From positions 23,842 through 87,841 of the forward strand of contig WRPE01000005.1 of assembly GCA_009773315.1 (NCBI GenBank): a stretch of DNA of 64,000 bases, in the 5' to 3' direction. Of this stretch, positions 28,086 to 36,719 are shown one piece after another. The notes beneath the pieces are model-generated. The model worked only from the letters and a program-made list of their open reading frames with translations. It made no database searches and had not been told where the DNA came from. Within the stretch, counting starts at the first letter, position 1; every line of letters begins with the position of its first letter. This DNA comes from Syntrophaceae bacterium (GTDB taxonomy: Bacteria; Desulfobacterota; Syntrophia; Syntrophales; Smithellaceae). Both the position numbers and the translations under genes were made by a program.

Positions 28086-30224
28086 TCATGGTGTTTTGGC
28101 TGGCCCACCTAAGATTTGTAGAATCACGAACAAGATACCGAAAGCCCCAACACCCCAGAGTGATTTTCTCCAAGGCTTTACAACAAGCCCTACAATACCG
28201 AATGAAACCATAAAGCTTAAACATCCCTGTAAACCATAGCTGTTGGGATGGCGCAATAGCCAATCCCATCGCCAGGCACTATTAATCACGACTAAAAAGA
28301 TCAGACTCGTAAGTAATGCAATAATGATACTGGAAAATTGCCGAATGCGAAGTGCTTTTAGCTCTGCTGTTCGGGCTTTTTCCTGTGCATTATCCTTGGC
28401 GATAGTGAGTTCTTCTGCTTCCTTCTTTTTTGCATTCAATAATTCATATGCTTTGGCGATTTCTATAGAAGTCTCCTGTTTCTGTTGTTCCAGATCTTTT
28501 TCAACCCGCCCTTTATCAGTTGTTAACAAATCTATTTGTTTTGCCAAAGCTGCGCGTTCTTCAATTAGTGTTTGATTCTCTGCCGAGATGGCTGAATCCA
28601 CCAGTTCTTGAAACTGTTCATCATTATCAACCGCACGTAATCGGTCGATAAGTAAATCATTGGAAAGCAATTTAGCAGCCGTTTCTTCTGGGAAATCCTT
28701 GTAGCATGCAAGAAGATTAAGCATTTTTGAGCAAGCTTTAACAGCACCGCTTCCAATAGTTCTGAATTCCGGTATTGCGAATGTTTCAGCGAATGACTTG
28801 TCAAAATCCTGACTTGCAGGGATAAATGGACGGAGTATTTGCCACAAGACATTAGGTAAAACAACTGATCCATATGATTTGGATCTTCGGCTTTCATTGC
28901 TATCGAAACGATATAACGTATAGTCACATGTTAGAAGCAGGGCACCAGCATTAATGGTCGATTTGGTGCTTTTTCTTATTGACCGGACGCAATCAAGGAC
29001 GGCCACATCATGGATTATAGATCCATCAGGTTTTTTCTTATAAATGCTTTCCAAAAACTTGATATAATTCTCCTGAAGTGTGCCTCGCTCAATTAGCCTA
29101 TCCTCTAAAGGTTTATATTCATCGATCCCTTTTCCTTTCAGTAGGAGATCAATATGCTGGTACGGCCGCAAGAAAGAATCGACATCAATACCAGTTTCAA
29201 CATTTTTCTGATGGTACTTTAGTGCAATACCTGAGATGTAGGGAGATTTCATGGCTGCTCTGCTTAGTGATTGTGGCCAGTGGTTTTTTTTCAATTCACC
29301 AGCATAATAGTTAATCGTATCAATCGCTTCCTCTAGAGTTCTTTCGTGGTATTTCAAGTAAAATGGAAGCTTATTGTCAGAAATTACTTTAAGTAAATTA
29401 TGGGAAACTTCCACTTGCGAGTTGACATGAATATCAAGGATACCAAAAAGGAAGTTGGTGTCACAGAATATTACGAGTGGACTCAAATTCTCACGATAAT
29501 TATTGGCAACATCTGGTGAAACCATCAAAGAGAAGTAGTTGAAAGCACCATCCGCACACTCCGCAATATATTGTGTCCGATCCGGTTTATTACCTGCTGC
29601 AGATAGAAACTCCACAATTGCCGCCTTCGCAGTAGGCCAGTGCTTGCTATCAAAATGCGACTTCACGGCATCTTTAAGCATAAGCGATAGGCTTTTAGAG
29701 TATTCCTCCGGGAGTTCTACTGAAGAATCGAGAAAAGCTACGGCCTGAATCCCATGGCGCAGAAATGCTTTTGCCAGGTACGCCTGTAAGGCATCCCACG
29801 CCGCATCACTAGGAAAATCAACATACTTTTTGGAGATCTCCATCATCCATTCACCACGAATCCGTTTTTGTAAACATGACGCCTGTTCAATTTGGGCTTG
29901 AACGTTCATTCGCGATTCATCTGTGAGAACATAATTGGTTCCCAAAGGCTTGTGTATTCGACCATCTTGAATCAACCGATCCAGCGCCTCCTGGATTTGA
30001 TGATTCGGAGCATCAATCCCAAACATCGTTGAGAGGACACCTGCTATATCATTTGCACTGCACAGGCTATCTCCTTCAAATGCAAGGATAGTATGGACAA
30101 TTAATTCTCTGAGGCTCTCTTCAGGTGAACGAATATTTGAAATGGCCGCAAAACTACACATCTGTTGGAAATTCGTACTTGCTACCGAGATGCGAATAGT
30201 TTCTACATTAGGTTGCGTCATCAA
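28086..30224 (-). CDS. hypothetical protein: wHTH-like N-terminus, PIN-like domain, coiled coil, three C-terminal TM helices
   Basis: VIFCDTNFLF...RTLEEA...HDVAVL...LLTCDYTL; heptad-rich stretch; three hydrophobic segments at the C-terminus; visibly AT-rich DNA. Confidence 0.7.
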   Translation of the reverse strand: MMTQPNVETIRISVASTNFQQMCSFAAISNIRSPEESLRELIVHTILAFEGDSLCSANDIAGVLSTMFGIDAPNHQIQEALDRLIQDGRIHKPLGTNYVLTDESRMNVQAQIEQASCLQKRIRGEWMMEISKKYVDFPSDAAWDALQAYLAKAFLRHGIQAVAFLDSSVELPEEYSKSLSLMLKDAVKSHFDSKHWPTAKAAIVEFLSAAGNKPDRTQYIAECADGAFNYFSLMVSPDVANNYRENLSPLVIFCDTNFLFGILDIHVNSQVEVSHNLLKVISDNKLPFYLKYHERTLEEAIDTINYYAGELKKNHWPQSLSRAAMKSPYISGIALKYHQKNVETGIDVDSFLRPYQHIDLLLKGKGIDEYKPLEDRLIERGTLQENYIKFLESIYKKKPDGSIIHDVAVLDCVRSIRKSTKSTINAGALLLTCDYTLYRFDSNESRRSKSYGSVVLPNVLWQILRPFIPASQDFDKSFAETFAIPEFRTIGSGAVKACSKMLNLLACYKDFPEETAAKLLSNDLLIDRLRAVDNDEQFQELVDSAISAENQTLIEERAALAKQIDLLTTDKGRVEKDLEQQKQETSIEIAKAYELLNAKKKEAEELTIAKDNAQEKARTAELKALRIRQFSSIIIALLTSLIFLVVINSAWRWDWLLRHPNSYGLQGCLSFMVSFGIVGLVVKPWRKSLWGVGAFGILFVILQILGGPAKTP

Positions 30225-30248
30225 GCGATCCCTCCTTATTCGAAATGT

Positions 30249-33200
30249 TTACAATAATAATGTGGCTATGCGGTCGTATTCCTCCAGGCATTTGCGTTTG
30301 GACATGAATTCGCCGAAGGCTTGTTCTTCTTTGCGTTTCAGGACGGGGAAGGTGTCGAGAATGTAGGCAAATTCGTCACGAGACAGACCATAGAGATGGG
30401 CGACGCAGGCGTCAATTTCGGCCCGTAACTGGGCACGGTCTCCCGTGTCCCTCCGGTCGGGAGTGCGCTCATGGACACCGCAGGCGGTTGACCATTCCGG
30501 GGTCAGATTGGCGGCTTCCTCGTAAAGGCGACGACGGGTTTCCTGTTCGTGCTGGGGGCCATAGGTAAATTTTGCTTTTCCATCTGATGGGTACCAGAAG
30601 GCTGCATCCTTCCATCTATCTATTTGAATTTCCTTCCACAATTCTGAAAAGCGCTCATCTATACAGGTGAGGCGAGCAGTGCGTGCGGTAATTTCTGGAT
30701 GGACGGGGCTGTTTTGCAGTTGTGGAAGCGGTAAATCCATATAAGTCGTGCTCAAATGACTGGTCGTTTTGATCCGCGTGAGAAAATCGAATACGAAAGA
30801 GTTAACGACACCGCCCCAAAAGCAGATCTGTGACAAAGGATAGACGTTTTGAATGATTATATTGTGGCCAGACAACCTCGGACAGTAATGTTCAAACGTC
30901 CTAATAGTATATGAATGAGGGGATGGTTTTGGCAATATAGCGGCAATAAAAGTACGTTCATTCGTATCGGCAGCAACCTCTCTGAAGGCCAATCTGTATC
31001 GCTCAGGTGCCAGATCAATCTGGCCGTCTTTCGTTATTTTGAGAATGTCAATCTTTGACTTCTTTTCAAGCTCCGCAACTCGATTAACGGAATCTTTTGA
31101 ATAAAAAAGCCGATAGGCTGTTGGTTTTAAATAATGACTGGGCGCAGCAAAGTCACAATCAAAATGCCAGATCATTTTCCCTTCAAACAGTTGTGGTCCA
31201 CCTGTTTCACATGGCGAAAGACTTTCGGTGTGAGAAGTCAAGTCAATTTCCCGTGCCACTGTTAAATTCAAATCTGGACCGATAAGGGGGAACGTTTTGT
31301 AGATATTGAGTGAAATTTTTAAGTCCTGCTGGCTTTTGAATTCCATGACGCTCAGGGTTTCGGGCGAGAATTTGCGGACGTGATCTAACTGCATCTCCAG
31401 CGCCCCGGCGTCGATGACGGGCAGGCGTTCCGGGTCGTGTTCCATGAAGGCGCAGCGGAAGGCCTCTGTTTTACCTCCCTTTTCCGTGCAGAAAAGGATG
31501 AACTTGAAGCGCCCGTCCACGGCAGTGAAAACCGTCGGCCAGCGGTTCTCAAAACCATAGAGGCAACAGATGCGGCTCTCGTTGAAAAAAAGCTCTCGCA
31601 ACGGCTGACATCCCTGGTCTGTATAGAGTCCACTGGGCGTTACGATCCCCAGGCAGCCGCCCGGCCTGAGAAGAACGAAGAACCGCTCCAGAAAGAGCTT
31701 ATAGGTGTTGATGTCCCCTTTGCCCAGGGCGCGGTAGGCGGCCGGCTGCCGAACATATTCGCTTTGCTGTTCAAAGTCCAGGCAACAGGTCTCCCACTTC
31801 CTGCGGATGGGCGGGTGTTCCGCCATGAGGTGTTCGGCTACCCGGTTGGCCTCCTGTTTCGTGTAACTGCGGAAGGCACTATCATAGGCGGAGAAGAACT
31901 CCTGAGAATTCGGTTTAAGGATATCCCAGGGCGGATTGCCGACGTCGGCGTCGAAACCACCGTTTTCCTCGTTGAAGACCTCTGGAAACTCCAGCGGCCA
32001 ATGGAAAAAGTGATGCCTACCCGCAAGGACTTTCGCCTTATCATCCAGTTCCATTTCGGCGATCGATGCCGGGGCTTCACCCTGTGCCAAACGCAGGAAG
32101 AGTCCATGATAATCATCTGGGTTTACTGCGCTGTCCATGAGATAGGCTGTGAAGAGATCCGCCAAGGGCAACAACGGGTTGATTCTTTCGCGCCGGGTCT
32201 CTTCATGGATCTCCTTCTGGCGATCCGTATCGTCCTCTGCAATCTGTGTGATGGACATCATGTCTCGGGCGGCTTTTTGAAAGGCCTCCGTCAGTGTTTC
32301 AGGAAAAGGTAAGTCCTGCAGTTTCTTATCTTTCTGAAGCTTCTTTTTGGCATCCTTGCTACGTTCCGGGATTCTCTGCAATTGGGCAAGGTGTCGGATA
32401 CCGATAAGGCTGTTGCCGCATCGCAGATGATGATCGAGAAAAGTCAATTTGTGTTCCCGGGCGAAGCAATTGAGCCACAGAGAAAGCTTGGCCAGGTGGA
32501 CGGCAAGGGGATTCAAATCCACACCGTAGAGGCAATGTCGGGTTATGAGCCGCCGCCAGTGATTCGGGGCACAGGTCGTCGGCGAGGACATTCCCTCAAC
32601 ATCAGGGATTTCAGCAAGAAGGCTGACAATCAGATCGGTAATTTGGTCTGCGGCGTTGACAAGAAAATGGCCGCTTCCCATACCGGGATCGCAGAGTCTG
32701 AAGATAAGGACGACTTCCTTGACGAAGCGTTCCACCAGGGCAATTGCCGACTGGGCTGCCCCACGCCGGACAGCCACATCATGCCCTTCTTGGGTTTCCC
32801 GGATAAAGAGATCGAAGCGCTCCCGGTAGTCCTGGGCGAAACGATCCTGCAGTGGCTGAATGACCGTTTTTCCGTTGAGAAATCGGACCAGACTCTCCGG
32901 CGTGTAGTAAGATCCAGTCTGCTTGCGCTCCAAAGCGGACTCACCAAAATAAACATCGCCTTTTTTAATGAGACTGTCGCTCGTTTGGCGGGCAGTTTCC
33001 GAAGCCAGCAGGTTTTCTATGCCTTTCTTTGTCCGGCGACGAATACGATCCGCATCGGCTAAAGTGACATTAAATTCGAGAATATTCTCGTACATTTCAC
33101 CTAAGTGACGCACCTCCAGATTGCGGTAGGGGATGGGGTATTCCTTATCCGGATCTGAATCATAAGGATCTACATAGGCCATCAGATAGAGGGCGCGAGC

Positions 33201-34274
33201 AAGAAAGTCATTTCTCAGTTGCTGTTTCCCCAGAAATTTCTCTTGCTCATCATCAAACAGACCGCCATTATATCCCATGATTCCATACTCCGGATCGCCG
33301 TCGTTGACTGCATGGATCAGCCCTTTGAGGTGTTTCCAGAGATCATATCCTTCATGGTCTGTCCGGATTCCCCACCGGAAACGATGGGCCTCACGGCAGA
33401 GGGCCTGAATGGAATGCTTGGCATAAATCTCCTGCTTTTCCACCTGGGACGGCAGAAGGCTGCGGGACTCGGCGTAGAAGAGGAAAAGGCAACGATAGAG
33501 CAACTTGACGGCGCTTGCGAATATTTCCCCTCTCTCCTCCTCAGTGTATTCTTCACCTTTGCGGGGAGTATCCGCGATGAAACCATTACAAATATACTGG
33601 AGGGCTTCGTCAATCTGCTGGAGAAGCGGGGATTTCACTTTATCCTCGAGGAGCTTCTCAGATGCCGCCATGTCCTTGTCCAGAGGGCAAGTATAAACGC
33701 CGAGGTTGCGGGCGTCTTCCTTCCGTCCATCTTCTTTGTCCCCCGCTTCCGGCGTGAAGGAGTCCATATGGAAGAATGTCTCAAACAGGGCGTACTCTCC
33801 TTCATCATTCTGCGCCAAAGCCTCGGCAAGATTGAGTTCCACATATTCCTCAAATGGCTTGCCGGTGCGGTTTGTATAGAGGCGCCACCTTTCCCCATTC
33901 GTCAGGAGCCCCCAAGTCAGCTTGCGATGCCGCAGTTGCATGATCAATCTCGCCGGCCAGAAACGCCCGACCGAAGTATCATCCATATCCGCCCCCGGTT
34001 CTATGAGATAGAGAACTGCGACGCAGTTGGAATAATTGTAGTCCTCATACAGGGGATAAACGCCGGGATTATCTGTACTGACCGGAGGGACAAAGGAAAG
34101 ATAACTGAGAGCCTGTTTGATATAGGTATTCCAGAGAGACTTTAGATTGGTCCTGTCGCAATTCTTCCAGGTATGAGCAAGGGTCGCCATGCGGCCCTGA
34201 CCGGCGTCGTCCAGTTTTGCTTCGGAACGGATTTTATCGATAAAAAGTGTGCTGAATAATCCGTGGTTTCTCAT
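30249..34274 (-). CDS. pglX: Eco57I-like/PglX-type N6-adenine DNA methyltransferase
   Basis: GYNGGLF, LGEMYE, RKQTGSYYTP, CDPGMGSGHFL, LYGVDLN, FHWPLEFPEVF, GNPPW, WGLLTNGERWRLY. Start moved to the ATG at 34274 after GAGGAG. Confidence 0.85.
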   Translation of the reverse strand: MRNHGLFSTLFIDKIRSEAKLDDAGQGRMATLAHTWKNCDRTNLKSLWNTYIKQALSYLSFVPPVSTDNPGVYPLYEDYNYSNCVAVLYLIEPGADMDDTSVGRFWPARLIMQLRHRKLTWGLLTNGERWRLYTNRTGKPFEEYVELNLAEALAQNDEGEYALFETFFHMDSFTPEAGDKEDGRKEDARNLGVYTCPLDKDMAASEKLLEDKVKSPLLQQIDEALQYICNGFIADTPRKGEEYTEEERGEIFASAVKLLYRCLFLFYAESRSLLPSQVEKQEIYAKHSIQALCREAHRFRWGIRTDHEGYDLWKHLKGLIHAVNDGDPEYGIMGYNGGLFDDEQEKFLGKQQLRNDFLARALYLMAYVDPYDSDPDKEYPIPYRNLEVRHLGEMYENILEFNVTLADADRIRRRTKKGIENLLASETARQTSDSLIKKGDVYFGESALERKQTGSYYTPESLVRFLNGKTVIQPLQDRFAQDYRERFDLFIRETQEGHDVAVRRGAAQSAIALVERFVKEVVLIFRLCDPGMGSGHFLVNAADQITDLIVSLLAEIPDVEGMSSPTTCAPNHWRRLITRHCLYGVDLNPLAVHLAKLSLWLNCFAREHKLTFLDHHLRCGNSLIGIRHLAQLQRIPERSKDAKKKLQKDKKLQDLPFPETLTEAFQKAARDMMSITQIAEDDTDRQKEIHEETRRERINPLLPLADLFTAYLMDSAVNPDDYHGLFLRLAQGEAPASIAEMELDDKAKVLAGRHHFFHWPLEFPEVFNEENGGFDADVGNPPWDILKPNSQEFFSAYDSAFRSYTKQEANRVAEHLMAEHPPIRRKWETCCLDFEQQSEYVRQPAAYRALGKGDINTYKLFLERFFVLLRPGGCLGIVTPSGLYTDQGCQPLRELFFNESRICCLYGFENRWPTVFTAVDGRFKFILFCTEKGGKTEAFRCAFMEHDPERLPVIDAGALEMQLDHVRKFSPETLSVMEFKSQQDLKISLNIYKTFPLIGPDLNLTVAREIDLTSHTESLSPCETGGPQLFEGKMIWHFDCDFAAPSHYLKPTAYRLFYSKDSVNRVAELEKKSKIDILKITKDGQIDLAPERYRLAFREVAADTNERTFIAAILPKPSPHSYTIRTFEHYCPRLSGHNIIIQNVYPLSQICFWGGVVNSFVFDFLTRIKTTSHLSTTYMDLPLPQLQNSPVHPEITARTARLTCIDERFSELWKEIQIDRWKDAAFWYPSDGKAKFTYGPQHEQETRRRLYEEAANLTPEWSTACGVHERTPDRRDTGDRAQLRAEIDACVAHLYGLSRDEFAYILDTFPVLKRKEEQAFGEFMSKRKCLEEYDRIATLLL

Positions 34275-34281
34275 AATCTCC

Positions 34282-34752
34282 TCAAGTGAGTGCGAGGGTG
34301 TCCCGCTGGTCAATGACAAACTGGTATTGCTTGAATCGGTCAAACTTCTGCGCTGCAAGGGATCGGTCAAACTGCATGGCGAAAAGCAGGGCGGGCTTTT
34401 TGTCCCACGTCTCGATTTGCTGGGCAAACTGCTCCAGGACACCAGCTTGACCCGTCCAGGTTGCCTTCAAAAATTCCATGCCGGATATGATGAGTATTTT
34501 TTTATTATCGCCGCGCTCTGCAAGAAAACGAAAAAGGTCGTTGATAGAAAAGGTTCCAACATTTTCAGAAAGCGTCTCATCTTCCGCAAAAACATCTAAA
34601 ACATGCAGATGGGCGGCGACGGCTTGCCGCGCGAGTTCGGCGGCCCAGGATTCTTGTGATAGATAATCGTGAGTGAAAACGATGCAGGCTCTGCCACGAG
34701 GGCGCTTGGGAAGAGATTTTGTCAGTTCAACAATGTCCACGACTTTATCCAA
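34282..34752 (-). CDS. BrxF/BrxB-like small inactive P-loop protein
   Basis: 156 aa with alpha/beta P-loop-like topology (RACIVFT...LHVLDVF...ILIISGMEFL) but no GKT/S; position between DUF4007 and the methyltransferase. Confidence 0.55.
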   Translation of the reverse strand: MDKVVDIVELTKSLPKRPRGRACIVFTHDYLSQESWAAELARQAVAAHLHVLDVFAEDETLSENVGTFSINDLFRFLAERGDNKKILIISGMEFLKATWTGQAGVLEQFAQQIETWDKKPALLFAMQFDRSLAAQKFDRFKQYQFVIDQRDTLALT

Positions 34753-35607
34753 TTAGCCGACCTCCTTTTGCCTGGATTCAGGGCTGGCGCCTTCGTAATA
34801 CCACTTTAGAAAGGTAAAAGCGGATAAGCCGTCCAAGAGACGAACCTGGTCAAGATGGTGTGTACTTTCATATCGCACCCATCCGTTTTGATGCAGCGGC
34901 TCTACAGCTTGGCGAAAGGTGGATTCATCAAAGCCGAATAAAAGGGAAGGCGACCCCTCTGCCTCTGCGATTTCCCGAACCTGCAGAAGGCTCTCCCCGC
35001 GCGTGGCGGCATAATCATATATCATGGCACTGAGGATGAGAGGCTCTACGCGCAGATGGCGCGTCCGGTATAACCGTCCATCGCTATGCTGGTGAAGGAT
35101 TTCCAGCTTCTTAAGGTTTCTATTCAGGTAGGCATCTATGACGAAACGAACCTCCTGCTGTAGGTGCTTGCCGATGGTTCTATCGGTATATTGACCGGAA
35201 AGGGTAGTTCTTAAATTAGCCAACCAGCCGCTTTCGGTTATAGCCTGCTCTGCGGGAAGGATCGAGTTAAAGATTTCGTACCAGACGAGATTCTTGGAGC
35301 TACCTGCGCCCCGGTAATGGCACCATTGGAGGGTGCCGATCCTTTCCAGAAAGATATCGTGTGCGGCAATCAGTTCACCTGTCTGTGTCAGGGTTTGCAT
35401 CCCTGGCTTAATCAGTCCCAGCGCACAACCGATACTCACGACACTTTCTATCTGGCGGTTAGACAATCCTGTGCTTTCTTGGATTGCCTCACGATAGATC
35501 CGCTTCATTGATGGGTTGGACAACAAAAAGTGCAAAACGCGGGACAACTGATCGAACGCGAAGAGATAACCATTGCTGAGCTGGAGTTTGCGGATTGGTT
35601 GAACCAT
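34753..35607 (-). CDS. DUF4007-family (SspB/BrxA-like winged helix) protein
   Basis: TGLSNRQIES...LGLI...LTQTGELI..HDIFLERIGTLQWCHY...VWYEIFN and GSPSLLFG...LDQV pattern. Confidence 0.75.
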   Translation of the reverse strand: MVQPIRKLQLSNGYLFAFDQLSRVLHFLLSNPSMKRIYREAIQESTGLSNRQIESVVSIGCALGLIKPGMQTLTQTGELIAAHDIFLERIGTLQWCHYRGAGSSKNLVWYEIFNSILPAEQAITESGWLANLRTTLSGQYTDRTIGKHLQQEVRFVIDAYLNRNLKKLEILHQHSDGRLYRTRHLRVEPLILSAMIYDYAATRGESLLQVREIAEAEGSPSLLFGFDESTFRQAVEPLHQNGWVRYESTHHLDQVRLLDGLSAFTFLKWYYEGASPESRQKEVG

Positions 35608-35870
35608 TGAATGCCTTTTGTCGTAGAGAATGGTTTCTGCCGATAACGAAATTATTGCTTGTTTTTTCCTTGGCTGTCCATGTCCTCCCATAAATCTCAT
35701 TTATTATGCGTTGTTAGATTGCATATTTATCACAATACGTCAATCATAGACTTAACAAATTATTAGTTTGATAAATTGAAAGAAAATAGTGCCTCACAAC
35801 TCTGCACCTTTCAAACCGAAGTCAATGAATGTAGCCGATGAGCGAAAGTGTTGAGTTGTATTTGTACCCT

Positions 35871-35927
35871 TCAATGGTTATCGAAATCGGTCGGCCAGCG
35901 GACACGGATAATATCAGGATTCGACAT
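35871..35927 (-). pseudogene. probable 5' remnant of a DUF86/HepT HEPN toxin
   Basis: An ATG overlapping the MNT gene end gives MSNPDIIRVR (typical DUF86 opening), then diverges and stops after 18 codons. Confidence 0.45.
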
Positions 35928-36228
35928 ACTGAACCTCCGCTGCTACCATGACCTCATCCCGAAAGTAACGGCTTAGCTCCGCCGGTGTCCGCAAGTCCGC
36001 TTTGCGTCCCAGGATGTCGGAAAGCACCAGTTCCATCTCGGCCAGTCGGATGTAGCCGACCCGTTGACCGGGTTGAAACTCTACTAGCACATCCACATCG
36101 CTTTCCGGCCGGAAGTCCTGCCGGAGAACCGATCCGAAAAAGGATAGTCGCCCGATATGATATTTGATGCAGAATTGTTCGATCTGGTTTTTCTGAAATT
36201 GTATATTGGCGATCGTACCCATATTCAT
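35914..36228 (-). CDS. minimal nucleotidyltransferase (MNT/MntA antitoxin)
   Basis: FGSVLRQDFRPESDVDVLVEF, LGRKADL, LSRYFRDEV. Confidence 0.9.
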   Translation of the reverse strand: MNMGTIANIQFQKNQIEQFCIKYHIGRLSFFGSVLRQDFRPESDVDVLVEFQPGQRVGYIRLAEMELVLSDILGRKADLRTPAELSRYFRDEVMVAAEVQYVES

Positions 36229-36719
36229 CAACCCCATTCAACATCCTGTTCCGTCGCTCAACGCGTGTAAGCAAGGTTGGTCGGATTTATTAACTCTCCG
36301 ATTCCAGTCAAAATCCGCATCACCTGTCGTTCATTACCACAGAATAACCTATAACCAGTTGTAATCTTGCATAATCGATCATATTTATCAAGCAAACAGT
36401 TCAGCAGAAAGAAAGTCATATTTCTTTACACCTTATGTAAAGAAAAATTCGTCCTAGGGCAAACCGGGTTATGCGCTTTGATCTTGGAATCGAAGTTTCA
36501 CTAACCACTCTTTTTAATTGATTCTCACCCTGAAATGAACTAATAATTTCCCCTGACTAATTATCATGCAAAGGCGGCCTATGGACGATTGATGATTAAT
36601 TTTTTATCAGCTTATTTTGCAGTCAACAAACCCCTGTCACCGAAGAAAAATGCCGTCTTAAGGCTTGACGGGGGCTTTTCCCTTTTGTCGCTAAAAGTCA
36701 ATAAAAGGAGCTGACCGAC

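Noticed and set aside
31437-34145. Long + strand ORFs (291, 226 and 308 aa) opposite pglX, and similar antisense ORFs elsewhere
   Set aside because: These are shadow frames of well-supported genes, with no motifs or RBS.
34275-34442. 56-aa N-terminal extension of the methyltransferase in the ORF track
   Set aside because: It overlaps the upstream BrxF-like gene; the ATG at 34274 has a good RBS.
15811-35607. Ssp/Dnd phosphorothioation system suggested by DUF4007
   Set aside because: No PAPS reductase (SspD/DndC/BrxP) or cysteine desulfurase gene lies in the island, though one elsewhere in the genome cannot be excluded.
36455-36490. GGCAAACC motif suggesting a c-di-GMP-I riboswitch
   Set aside because: The GNRA-capped P2 stem and downstream GCAAAG/P3 elements are missing.
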